Shown here one piece after another: positions 26,621 through 37,388 of a DNA stretch of 64,000 nt (within the stretch, counting starts at the first letter, position 1; each line of letters opens with the position of its first letter). A model generated the notes under the pieces. That model saw only the letters and a program-made list of their open reading frames with translations, was not told the origin of the DNA and ran no database searches. Origin of the DNA: Carcharhinus longimanus (taxonomy: Eukaryota). Position numbers and translations under genes: made by a program. The stretch is from the NCBI GenBank assembly GCA_030264375.1, contig JASCQW010000027.1, forward strand, positions 65,624,340 to 65,688,339, in the 5' to 3' direction.

Positions 26621-26927
26621 AGTTTAAAGTTTATATATTACTGTCACAAGTCAGCTTATATTAATACTGCAGCAAAGTTATTGTGAAAATCCCCTAGTCA
26701 CCACATTCCAGGGCCTGTTCGGATACACTGAGGAAGAATTTAGCAGAATCAATGCATCTAAACTGCACATCTTTCAGACTATGGGAGGAAACTAGAACAC
26801 CTGGTGGAAACCCACACAGACACAAGGAGAACATGCAGACTCCTCACAGACAGTGACCCAAGCCAGGAATCGAACTAAGGCTCTGGCGCTGTAAAGTAGC
26901 AATGCTAACCACAATGCCACCATGCCA
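26621..26927 (-). mobile_element. V-domain SINE, tail type B
   Basis: Head, V-domain and aaacttt tail. Confidence 0.88.
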
Positions 26928-26960
26928 CTCATTCAACTCACAAAAAGAAACAAGTACAAG

Positions 26961-27275
26961 GAGCAGCACAGTGGCTAGCACTGCAGTCTCACAGCGCCAA
27001 GGACTCAGATTCGATTCCCAGCATGGGTCACTGTCTGTGTGGAGCTTGCACATTCTCCCCATGTCTACGTGGGTTTCCTCCAGGTACTCCAGTTTCCTCC
27101 CACGGTCTAAAGATATACGGGTTAGGTGGATTGGCCTAGTTAAATTGTCCCTTTGTGTCAAGAGAACTAACTAGTGTAAATGCGTGGGGTTACGGGGATA
27201 GGGTCTGGCTGGGATTGTAGTCAGTGCAGTCTTGATGGGCTGAATGGCCTTCATCTGCACTGTAGGGATTCTATG
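26961..27275 (+). mobile_element. HE1-like V-SINE, tail type A
   Basis: Head, V-domain, tail gggctgaatggccttcatctgcactgtagggattctatg. Confidence 0.9.
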
Positions 27276-27299
27276 TGTATGTGTGTACTAAGTAGGTAC

Positions 27300-27585
27300 A
27301 AAGAAAGACTTGCATCTTTATAGCTCTTTTCACAACCATTGGATATCTCAAAGTGCTTTACAGCCAATGAAGTACATTTGAAGTGCGATCACTGTTGTAA
27401 TGTAAGCGATGTAGTGCCTTATTCTACACACAATGTTGCCTCACAAACGTCAACATGATAATGACCATTTGCTTTGTTTTTTGTGATGTTGATTGAGAGA
27501 AACATATTGGCCAGGACACTTGGGATAGCTCCTTTTTTTCTTCAAAATAGTGCCTTGGAGTCCTTTACATCCAGCAGAGAAGGCA
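27300..27585 (-). mobile_element. DeuSINE-like element (SacSINE1/AmnSINE1 type)
   Basis: aaagacttgcat..aaagtgctttacagccaatgaagtac..cactgttgtaatgta..atattggccaggacac..cttcaaaatagtgcc: Deu domain plus L2-type tail. Confidence 0.75.
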
Positions 27586-28119
27586 CATCCATCATCTTCT
27601 TCAAACTTGAAGGATAACCATCATCATCATTTCATTGTAATCTTGTTTATCTATTCATCCTGGTAAATGAATGGAAGAATGAGGGTAAGAATCATGTGAG
27701 GGAATGGGTATAGTTAGGGGAGAATAAAAGGGAAGATCTGTAAACAAGCAAAGGACAAGAGAAATTAAATGACAAACGGGATCAAGGCACAAAGTTAAAG
27801 GAGGTAAAAATGGCAAAAGAAACAAAATATGTGTCTAAATTGGGGTTAATGTAATAAAGAGAATCATCAGCAACAGCTGTCATCCAAAAACAGGTAAGGA
27901 CAGAGATTATGATCTGAAATTGTTGAAGTTAGCTGTGAGGCTGGAACACTGTAAAGTGCTTAATTCAAAAATAAGGTCCTGTTCCTTGAGTTTATATTGT
28001 TCTTCACTGGAACTGTGTAGGATCATGAGAATGGAATGGTCAAAGTGGAAGTGAACACAAGAATTGAAATCACAGTTGACTGGAAGATTGGTAACACACT
28101 TATGATCATAAAAGGATAA

Positions 28120-28840
28120 CAAATAGGATCAGGAATAATTTTTTTCAGCCTTTCTACCCTGTTCTGCATTCAGGAAGATCATGGCTGATCACCGACCTGA
28201 ACTCTACCTTTGCACATTATCACAATACCCCTTGATCCCCTTAATATCCAAAAATTGATCAAGCCCTGTCTTGAATATACTCAGTGATTGAGCATCAACA
28301 GTTGTTTGGGAGAGAGAATTCCACATATTCATACCCCTAGAGCAAAGAGGTTTCTCCTCAAATCAGTCCTAAATATCCAACCCCTTATTCTAAGGCTAAG
28401 ATTTCTAGTTTTGGTCTCTCTAGCCAGGGAAAACATCCTCTTCGANNNNNNNNNNNNNNNNNNNNNNNNNNNNNNNNNNNNNNNNNNNNNNNNNNNNNNN
28501 NNNNNNNNNNNNNNNNNNNNNNNNNNNNNNNNNNNNNNNNNNNNNTACCTTGTTAATCCCTTAAAAATGTTGTTTCACAAGAGCAGGATTTGGAGCAGAA
28601 GACCACATGGCCTTTCAAGCCTGCTCCACCATTCACTTACTAACATGACTGATCTTGGGCTTCAACTCCTCTCCCAGCCTGACCTCCTTCCATATCCCTT
28701 GATTCCTTGAAGGACCAAAAATCTGTCTAATCCAGGCTTAAAAATGTTCAATGATGAAACATCCACAACCCTCTGGAGCAAAGTGTTCCAAAAATTCACA
28801 ACCCTTTGAGTGAAGTAATTTCTCCTCATCCCAATCTCTC
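28120..28840 (-). mobile_element. Two CR1 3' ends
   Basis: gatcatggctgatc, ttccaaaaattcacaaccctttgagtgaag motifs. Confidence 0.7.
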
Positions 28841-30201
28841 AGTGGTCTACTGTATCAAGCCCCTTCAAAAGCTTTGGAGAGAGAGACAGAGTTTCTTCAT
28901 AGTAACTTGGAGGCAGAATGTTTACTCTGTTTTCCTCTTCACCAATGCTGCCAGACCGACTGAGTTTTTCCAGCATTTTCTGTTTTCATTTCAGGTTTTC
29001 AGAATCTACAGTATTTCAGCTTTGTTCATTCAGAATCATGTGTAAAACAATTAGATCAGCTGTCATTCTGCTAAATTTGAGGTTTGATAGACTAAGTTTA
29101 TTTAATATCTTCTGAATAGACAATCCCCCCATTTTAGGAATCGGTCTTGCGAACATTTGTTGAACTCCTCTCTATGGCAAGCATATCTTTCCTTGGGTGA
29201 GGAGAGCAAAACTGCACATATGCAGATTGAGTGGAGGTGTTCTACAAAGTGGACACCCAGTCTGCATGGTCAGTCTGGAGACCACATAGTGAATACAGAA
29301 TACTAAATTGAAAATAGCACAGTTAAATCTCTGTTTGACCTGGAAGGAGCATTTGGGACTAATGGGAAGGGCAGAGATAAAAAGACGGGTATAGTGTCTC
29401 CTGCATTTACATAGGAAGGTGCAGTGGGAAAGGGAGAGTGGTTGGCAGTGTCTAAGGAGTTGACCACAGTGCCAGTGCAGGAATGGGAATACAAAAAGTT
29501 GATGGAAGAGGAAGATATGTTTCATGGTGGTATGAAGGCTAGAGATATTGGAAATGGCGGAGGATGATACTTTATATGTGGGATTGAAGATGAGGACAGG
29601 AGGAATCCTGTCAAGATTTTGTGATGGCAGAGAAGACGGAGTAGAAATCTGGAAAATGGAACTGATACAGTTGAGGGTTGTGTCAATCAGAGAGGATGGC
29701 AATTGTCAGCTGAGAAACAAGCAAAACATATCCGATGGACTAGTTCAGAAGTTGGCATCACCAGAACAGATGGAGATAGAAAAACTTGAAGAATGGAACA
29801 GAGTCTTAACAGGAAGGAGGGTGTGAGGAAACGTAGTCAAGTTACTATGAGAGTCATTGGGTTGATAGCAGACATTGGTTGATAGCCTGCACAAATGAAT
29901 ACAGGCAGAGAGATCTAGGAAAGAAAGGGGCACAGATAGACCATCTGAGGGTGGAAAAGGGTGAAAATTGGAAGAAAAATGGTACAAATTTCCAAATTTT
30001 TGGGATGAGAGCAGGACACATTGTTCAACAATATACTGTGTAAAAGTAAGAGGACCTGAGTAGGACTGGAACAATGAATATTTCACATCCTAAGAAAATG
30101 CAAGCAATTCTCAGATCCACATTGTTTCCCATAGCAACATTTTTCATTTGGAAGAAGTGAGTGGGGTCAAATAAGAAGTTGCTCAATGTGAGAAATAGAC
30201 A

Positions 30202-30485
30202 GGGGCGGCATTTTGGTTAGCACTGCTGCCTCACAGCACCAGGGACCTACGTTCAATTCCCAGCTTAGGTCGCAGTCTGTGTTGAATTTGCATGTTCTCC
30301 CCTTGTCTGCATGGGTTTACTCCAAGTGCTTCAGTTTTCTCCCACAGTCCAAAAGTTATGTTGATTAGGTGCTTGCCCATGCTAAATTCTCCTTAAGGTG
30401 CAATGAGTGCGGTGACTAGGGGATTTTCACAGTAACTTCATTGCAGTGTTAATGTAAACGAATAAACTTTAAAATTTTTACTTTA
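30202..30485 (+). mobile_element. V-domain SINE, tail type B
   Basis: Head, V-domain, ggggattttcacagtaacttcattgcagtgttaatg..aataaacttt. Confidence 0.88.
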
Positions 30486-30693
30486 GAGGAGAATAATGAT
30501 GAATGAGGCCTGGTGGGAATCTGTTCAACAATGAAATAGACTACCCTTAGGCTCAGTGCCCACATAGTGAGGGCTGAAGATGAAGAGAGATTGATCGTTC
30601 ATGGCAAAAAGGAGACAGTTTGGCTAAGAAACAGAAAACTTCTAAAGTGACAGAGATCAATTGAAGAATTACGGATGTAGGTGGTAAAAGATT

Positions 30694-30965
30694 GGACGGC
30701 ACAGTGGTTAGCACTGCTGCCTCATAGCACCAGGGACCTGGGTTCGATTCCTGGCTTGGGTCACTGTCTGTGTTCTCTTTGTATGTTCTCCTCATGTCTG
30801 CGTGGGTTTCCTCCGGGTGCTCTGGTTTCCTCTCACAGTCTGAAAGACGTGCTGGTTAGGTGCATTGACCCAAACAGGCGCTGGAATGTGACAACGCAGG
30901 GAATTTCACAGTAACTTCATTGCAGCATTAATATAAGCCTTACTTGTGACTAATAAATAAACTCT
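30694..30965 (+). mobile_element. V-domain SINE, tail type B
   Basis: Same structure as 30202-30485. Confidence 0.9.
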
Positions 30966-31989
30966 ACAAGAAGTTAAAAGAAAGACCTACAATAGTAAAA
31001 AATCAATCCTGTGGGCCACGAACAGGGTTACAGGTGTGTGTGTGGATCTTGAGAAGATTGTGAAAATGTGTTGTGTGAGGTTAGCGGATTATGAATTTGG
31101 AGACTGTGAAAACAAGGCCTGCAGAGGAGATGAGGCCTGTGGCACACTTGGTAACAATAGTTTGATGTTTGATGGTGATATGGTCCAGTGTTTGGTAGGA
31201 GGATATACTAATCAGTTACTCTTCAACACCTGCCCGGTAGAGGTAGCTTCATCAGACAGCAGCAGCCACATTTGTCACTGGGTTTAATAACAATATTACA
31301 GCTAGTTCTGGGAGAATTGAGTGCTGCAAGTTTAGAGGGATTGTTCAGAGTCTAATAGAACACATTAAACCTACAACATCTCCCATTTTCCCAGGTCCAG
31401 AAAGAGTGTGTGAAACAGAAAAATTTGCGCTCTGCTGACAGGTTTGAAGGTGGGACAACTCATAAAATGTAACGTGGCATGCCCGCCTTCTCTCTCACTC
31501 CTGACCTGTCTCCCATTTTACATAGGAGCAATGGAGGCATCAGACAGATGCACACTCTTGGCTTATTGGTGGTTTTAATGCCAGTTAAGAGCTTCAGCCC
31601 ATCCCCACCATTATTTTATCCAGGACAGGGGGAGGTCCACACCAAGAGGATAGCCTAATAGCTTTATCTGCATGGACTTGGATAAATCAGCAATGTATCT
31701 CCATTCAGGGTCCCCTTTCAGAGGTAACCTCCAAGATCATCCTCCCCTTCCAGCTAACTTCACGCCCCCACCTCCCCACCCTCACATCAGCCTCTCAAAA
31801 CTGGCTCTCTAACCCCCTACTTGCCGTCCAGGCTCCGCCAACATCCTGGACTTCAGTCCAGCTCCATTATCTCCTCTTCTTTGGGGATGATTGTACTCCC
31901 AGTTGTGGGTACTGCTCAAACCTGGCACTGCTAGAACTACAGAGCTGCCAGCCATCTGACTGGATGTAGCACAAGTCTCACTCTTAGCC

Positions 31990-32300
31990 AACTAATGCAC
32001 TACTGAACATTAACTGAATGTATGGCAGCTGATATGAGTGATGATGTGTTCCCCTGCTGATGTTTGAGGTGACAGCATAGGAAATCCCAGCAACTGAAAG
32101 ATCCTGTCCTTTGCGATGGCCAATGTCATGCTGGCAATGAAATGATGTGCAGAAGGTAAGAGGCCAGAGGGGTGGGTCAAGTGGATGATAAAGCTCTTGG
32201 TTAAAGTAGTGAGCTGGGTGAGAGGAGGGGAAGGGGTGGTGGGCAGAGAAGGTAACAAGTTCACTGAGTTGAGGATGTGAGGCATTTGCTGAGGACTGAT
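31990..32300 (-). mobile_element. Harbinger/HARBI1-like transposase remnant
   Basis: AHHFI..LLGFPM..SVNVQ motif order. Confidence 0.45.
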
Positions 32301-33003
32301 TGTTTGTGGTCAAAGTCAAAGCTTGTTTTGAGTATAAGTAAGCCTTTTTTTGCAGCCTAGTTTAATGCAAAATTAATCTAAACGAAGTCGACATGTTTAA
32401 CTTGTTAGGAAGGAGCATTAAACGTTTAAAGACAGTGATGAGCAAAACATCAAGAATAATGCCAAACTGTTATACAAGTTTAATATCAAAAATATGTGCT
32501 AAAAATCAAAAGGAAAAACTTACAAATTTAAGTGTAATCATCTCATTTATAATTTAGCAAAATGGCCTAGTTCATCTGTATTTGAAAAGACTGCTTGCCC
32601 TAATAATGCCTTCACATAATTTCTTCATTAATTAATAATTGCAAAATTCACAGCATTTTGAACTTTGTGGTATCGGCAGGGAGACTTGCCAGAAGGTTGT
32701 AATGCACGCAGAGGGAAATAATAAGCTTGCTACCCATGGTGTCCCAATATGTGTGGCCATCAGGCAAGGCTCTCTGCCAGCAGCTTAAAGTTGGGAAACA
32801 TGCCTATAATTTTGTCATAGATGCCTGTTTTCCCCCAGTGAAAGGAACATACTTGGCATAAGGGACAATCCTTGCATTTCTACTAGTTTTTTCTCCTTAT
32901 TAAAATGACTCGATTGATAATCACAGACAGTGCATTTGTGATTTCCCACTCTCTGGAAAGCGACATGGAATCAATCCCATAGATTTACTTAAAGGGTTAC
33001 TCG

Positions 33004-33530
33004 TAGAATAGAATAGAATCCCTACAGTGCAGAAGGAGTCCATTCGGCCCTTTTTGTCTGCAGAACTCTCCGGTGGAACATCTTACTCAGGCCCTATCAC
33101 TGTGACNNNNNNNNNNNNNNNNNNNNNNNNNNNNNNNNNNNNNNNNNNNNNNNNNNNNNNNNNNNNNNNNNNNNNNNNNNNNNNNNNNNNNNNNNNNNNN
33201 NNNNNNGAACATCTTACTCAGGCCCTATCACTGTGACCCCACACATTTATCATGGCTAATTCACCTAACCTACACATCTTGGGACACTAAGGAGCAATTT
33301 ACCATGGCTAACTCCCCTAACCTGCACATCTTTGCACACTAAGAGACAACTTAGTATGGCTAATCCACCTAACCTGCACATCCTTGGACTGTGGGAAAAA
33401 ACTGGAGCACCCGGAGGAAACCCACACAGACAGCGAGAATGTGCAAACCTACACAGTCACATGAGGCCGGATTCGAACCTGGGTCCCTGGTGCTGTGAGG
33501 CAGCAGTGATAACCACTGTGCCACCATGCT
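33004..33530 (-). mobile_element. HE1-like V-SINE with an internal ~51-bp unit repeated three times
   Basis: atggctaa..cctaacct.cacatc units at ~33251, 33303, 33355; head at ~33530. Confidence 0.85.
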
Positions 33531-33632
33531 AGAGTGTGCAATGTGCTCAAGTTTGACTTGAATATAATAATAGACATTAACAGCTATTTATTTAAGGTGG
33601 ATCAATCTATCAGAGCTACAGCGCTGTTTGGG

Positions 33633-33736
33633 TTTTTTTTTAAAAAAGGAACCCTTCAAGAACTTGCATGTCATCCTTTCATAGAGGCCATGCTAATGTT
33701 CTCTGTTTCGTTCCAATTTTAGTTATATGTGCTGCC
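33633..33736 (-). pseudogene. U6 snRNA retrocopy lacking the first ~11 nt, with A9 tail
   Basis: Minus strand GGCAGCACATATAACTAAAATTGGAACGAAACAGAGAACATTAGCATGGCCTCTATGAAAGGATGACATGCAAGTTCTTGAAGGGTTCCTTTTTT then A9; about 13 differences from vertebrate U6 by hand alignment; ACAGAGA box and AGC triad retained. Confidence 0.93.
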
Positions 33737-33825
33737 ATTTTGTCCTCTGTCCCACTTCCTGGCTTGGTAGCCAATCTAAGCAAGGCACTTGCTGTGTACA
33801 TCTCCAATGAGGACCAACCAATAAA
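33734..33825 (-). promoter_or_regulatory. Promoter-like motif cluster directly upstream of the U6 copy
   Basis: YY1-like GCCATTTTG 33734-33742, ETS CACTTCCTG 33753-33761, CCAAT at 33771, 33804 and 33818. Confidence 0.4.
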
Positions 33826-34299
33826 AGTTTGCAGCACACCCACTCCAGCAGCTTTAGTGCATCTGCTGCAAAGTGATTGAAACAATCTAACACTATAACA
33901 AGTCTGATGATGCCTGTTGCTTAAAATAGTTGAAGGAACTTTACAAACAATAAAATTCCAGTTTTCAGTATTCTTTTCAAAGCTTGAACCACTGAATGTT
34001 AGTAAAAATTATATATTCAATGTGTCATAACTGAAAAAAAGATTTTTTTTCATGTGAAATCTCAGAGGCACTGTGAACTCAGTCAGTTATCTTTCTGAGC
34101 AGCTGACAGGAACTATCAAGCAACTTAACTTGCACTTTTATTATTCTAAAGTTAACAAATCAAGGCCAAGAAATTCCATAGATTCCAGTTTTAGACACCT
34201 TCTATAGAAAGTGCTAATAACTCACACTCAAATAGTGAAGTCTGGGCAAGCTTGGAGTTTTGGTCATGAACTTCTTCATGAACCTACCTCCTTTGAGGT

Positions 34300-34506
34300 A
34301 GGTTCTTTACTCAGAGGGTAGTCAGGGTGTGGAATTCCCTGCCTGCAGCAGTTGTGGACTCGCCAACTTTAAGGGCGTTCAAATGGCATATGGATAACAT
34401 TGGAATAGTTTAGGTTAGAAGGTCATTAGATTTGTTCCACAGGTCGGCGCAACATCGAAGACCGAAGGGCCTGTACTGTGCTGTAACGTTCTATGTTCTA
34501 TGTTCT
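34300..34506 (+). mobile_element. CR1 3' end
   Basis: ttctttactcagagggtagt..gaagggcctgtactgtgctgtaacgttctatgttctatg. Confidence 0.85.
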
Positions 34507-34524
34507 TTATCATATACAGTGGAT

Positions 34525-35260
34525 GATACAAGGGTAAAGACCTGTCAAGGTAATCACCTCCAATGTGCCAGTTCAGCCTTTGGTCAACTGAGGAAAGTAA
34601 TATTTGGACCAGAATCTCAAGCCTTAGTCGAAGTTCATGGTTTACTAGGAAGCAATAATCCCCTCACTCCTATTTGCTTTGGAAATTTGGACAGCCTATA
34701 ATACCTCACAGTACTGGAGACAAACTACCAGCGGCGCCTTCACAAGATCTCCCAAATCTAGTGGTAGGAAAGAGAGTCAGTCCAACAGCAGTGTCCTCTC
34801 CCAAGCCAATATGCCCAGCATCAAGGTGCTAATCACTTAAAACCAGCTCCACTGGGCAGGACATGTTGTTCATAAGTCTGACACCAGACTCCCAAAGCTA
34901 CTGCTCTACTCAGATAAAAACAAATTACTGCAGATGCTGGAATCGGAAGCAAAAACAGAAAATGCAGGAAAACACCTGCAAGTGTAACAGCATCTGTGGG
35001 GAGAGAACAGAGTTAAAGTATTGAGTCTGGATGACTCTTCGTCAGAGTTTCTTCATGGCAGGAGACTCCCAGGAGGACAGCAAAATAATTTAGGGATGTC
35101 CTTGAAGTGTGCAATGAAATCAGACACCTCACTGACACATAGGAGACCCTGGATTGTGACTGACTAAAATGGTGAATGTTTATTCAGGAAGGTATCAAAC
35201 ACAATCGGCGACTTTATCAGATAGTGCAGAGGCAAAGTCGAGGCATCAATGGGAGTGCAC
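34525..35260 (+). mobile_element. RTE (BovB-like) LINE ORF 3' fragment
   Basis: HLQCASSAFGQLRK, QANMPSI, QLHWAGHVV, DTRLPKLLLYS, GRRLPGGQ remnants. Confidence 0.8.
34914..35048 (-). mobile_element. Short Penelope-terminal element with degenerate hammerhead motif, inserted in the RTE
   Basis: Minus strand CTGACGA-A-GAGTC(ATCCA)GACTC-AATA-CTTT-AACTCTG..ccacagatgctg..ttccagcatctgcagtaatttg. Confidence 0.65.
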
Positions 35261-36699
35261 AAATACAGTAAAAAGTCTGACAACACCAGGTTTTAGTCCA
35301 ACCTATTTATTTGATAATATTCTCACAAGCTTTCGGNNNNNNNNNNNNNNNNNNNNNNNNNNNNNNNNNNNNNNNNNNNNNNNNNNNNNNNNNNNNNNNN
35401 NNNNNNNNNNNNNNNNNNNNNNNNTTGTAAAGATGCACGTGCCACCGTTCAAGTAAGTCATTGGGTAAGACCCACGGGAACTAGAGGATGAACAGCTAGG
35501 ATATGAAATACAATCAGAAGGCTATTAGGGGTCAGAAGAAAGATCACGCTGGGGCTTCATCCTTGGAGAGCGATTGAAAGTGGTATGAGGTCAGGGCTAA
35601 GGGAAGATCGAAAGATACTGGGGGTCAGCATTAGGACTGACATAAGAGGTCTTAGAACCAGGAGTGACAGAGATTATATTCAGTATTTATCATTTTTTAA
35701 AATTCTGTGCTGTTTAGTGTTGTCTTTCCCTGAGGGAATTAGCACTGATGGTAGCGGCCTCAAGCACAGTCCACAATAATTAGAGAGAAAGAAGCAAGTA
35801 TCAGCCTCTTATTGGCATATCTTAATCGCCTAAAACTCACTTCAGATAAAGGAGCCTCTTATTTGGCCATCACCAAAGTATCGTTTTGCGTAACGCGCAC
35901 CAGAATTGTTTGCATGTGGCAAAGATGTCGTTTTGAATACAAAACACCAATAAAAAAAATGGCCACCAAGGAGTTAAATTTCTAGCTTCAGCAGGTTGAA
36001 TTTATGATTTTTGGAAAAGAACTACAAATTGTCACTACACGGCAAAGTTTGTTTTCTTCCAATGTTATTTGTAATGGTATCTATTTAGCAAGTACTGGCT
36101 TAGCTAACACCTTTTTTTCCCAAAGAAATAATGTAAATTCTGTGCAAATTAGATTATTGGCACTGTAAATCTAAATGTAGTGTAACCAATACACTGATGA
36201 CCTACAACTGAACCCAATCATTCACTCGCCAATCCTTTAAGTGTAATTGAAAATCTCAGAGCTGGCTTCCCTATGTTGGAACTCATCAAATCAACAAAAT
36301 TCTTTGAAACTATGACCTTGGTATGTTATTACTCCACTTCCTCTTCTTGAGGCCTTTGTCGTGGTTATCCACACCATCCATTTCTGATGTTTCCTTTTTA
36401 CTGTGCAGCTGAGCTATGGTGGCTCCCAGTCCTCCAGTGCTTCTAGTTCAAAATGATTCGTCCTTATTTCCCTTCATGATCTTGCCCCTCCAGTTCTCTG
36501 TTACCTGCATGAGTGCTATGTCCTCTCCATTGAGTCCCCCCACCCCTCGTCACTTGTACTCAGCCATCTCTAAATTTCCCTATCTAAAATCTTCATCATT
36601 TCTACCTGCTCCTCTTTTAAGGCCATCCTAAAAACGCATTCTTTGACAAAACTTTTACACACCTCTTTTAATCGCCCTTTTTTTCAGTTTGGAGCCCAA

Positions 36700-37290
36700 T
36701 TCACAGAATCACAGAATTGTTACAGTGCAGGAGACCATTTGGCCCATCATTTGTGCACCTAATCTCCAAATGAGTAATTCACCTAGTGCCATTCCCCTAC
36801 TTTCTCCCCATAACACTGCAAATTCTTCCTTTTCAAGTGACTGGTTTATTCCTCCTTGAATGCTGCAATTGAACCCGCCTCTACCACACTCACAGATAAT
36901 GCACTCTACACTTTAACCACTCATTTTTGTGAAACAGTTTTCTCTCATGTCAGTTTTGCTTCTTTTACTAATTATTTTAAATTGTGCCTTTTGAATGTTC
37001 TCAATCCTTCAAGAATGGAAACACTTTATCCCTGCCTACACTTGTCTAATGCCTTAAAGATTATATGTCCTCGCAGCTATCTCTGCTCCAAGGAACACAA
37101 TCCCAACATATCCAATCTATCTTGTTAATTGAAGTTGCTCATCCCTGTAATCATTCTCATGAATCTTTTCTGTCCTCTCCCCAGTGCCTTTATATCTTTC
37201 CTAATATGGGGGTGCCCAGAACTGAGCCCAATACTGCAGTTCAGATTGGAACTAGTGTCTTATGCAAATTCAACATGACCTCCTTTTGCT
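36700..37290 (-). mobile_element. Old CR1 3' region
   Basis: cacagaatcacagaattgttacagtgcag tail and degenerate ORF2 C-terminus. Confidence 0.65.
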
Positions 37291-37309
37291 CTCTGGCCCT
37301 GCTGTGTAT

Positions 37310-37388
37310 ACAGCAAGAAGTCTGACAACACCAGGTCAGACTTCTTACTGTGTTTACCCCAGTCCAATGCAGGCATCTCCACATCATG
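37310..37388 (+). mobile_element. 79-bp Penelope terminal insertion with 5' fold-back and 12-bp TSD
   Basis: TSD CCTGCTGTGTAT at 37298-37309 and 37389-37400; 17-bp inverted repeat 37310-37326 / 37335-37351. Confidence 0.85.

Larger units (their letters stand above)
27700..31270 (-). mobile_element. Decayed Penelope-like element (second family; RT + GIY-YIG), interrupted by CR1 pieces and two SINEs
   Basis: STNVCYQPNDSHS, DRIPPVLIFNPT, PKCSFQVKQRFNC..NLVFCI, KEQDLIFELSTLQ..NFNNFR. Confidence 0.75.

Noticed and set aside
33250-33390. CRISPR-like repeat array
   Set aside because: Tandem expansion of a SINE internal unit with no unique spacers, in a eukaryotic context
33642-33736. Functional U6 snRNA gene
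   Set aside because: 5' stem-loop missing, substitutions in U2/U4-pairing regions, A tail, no clear PSE/TATA
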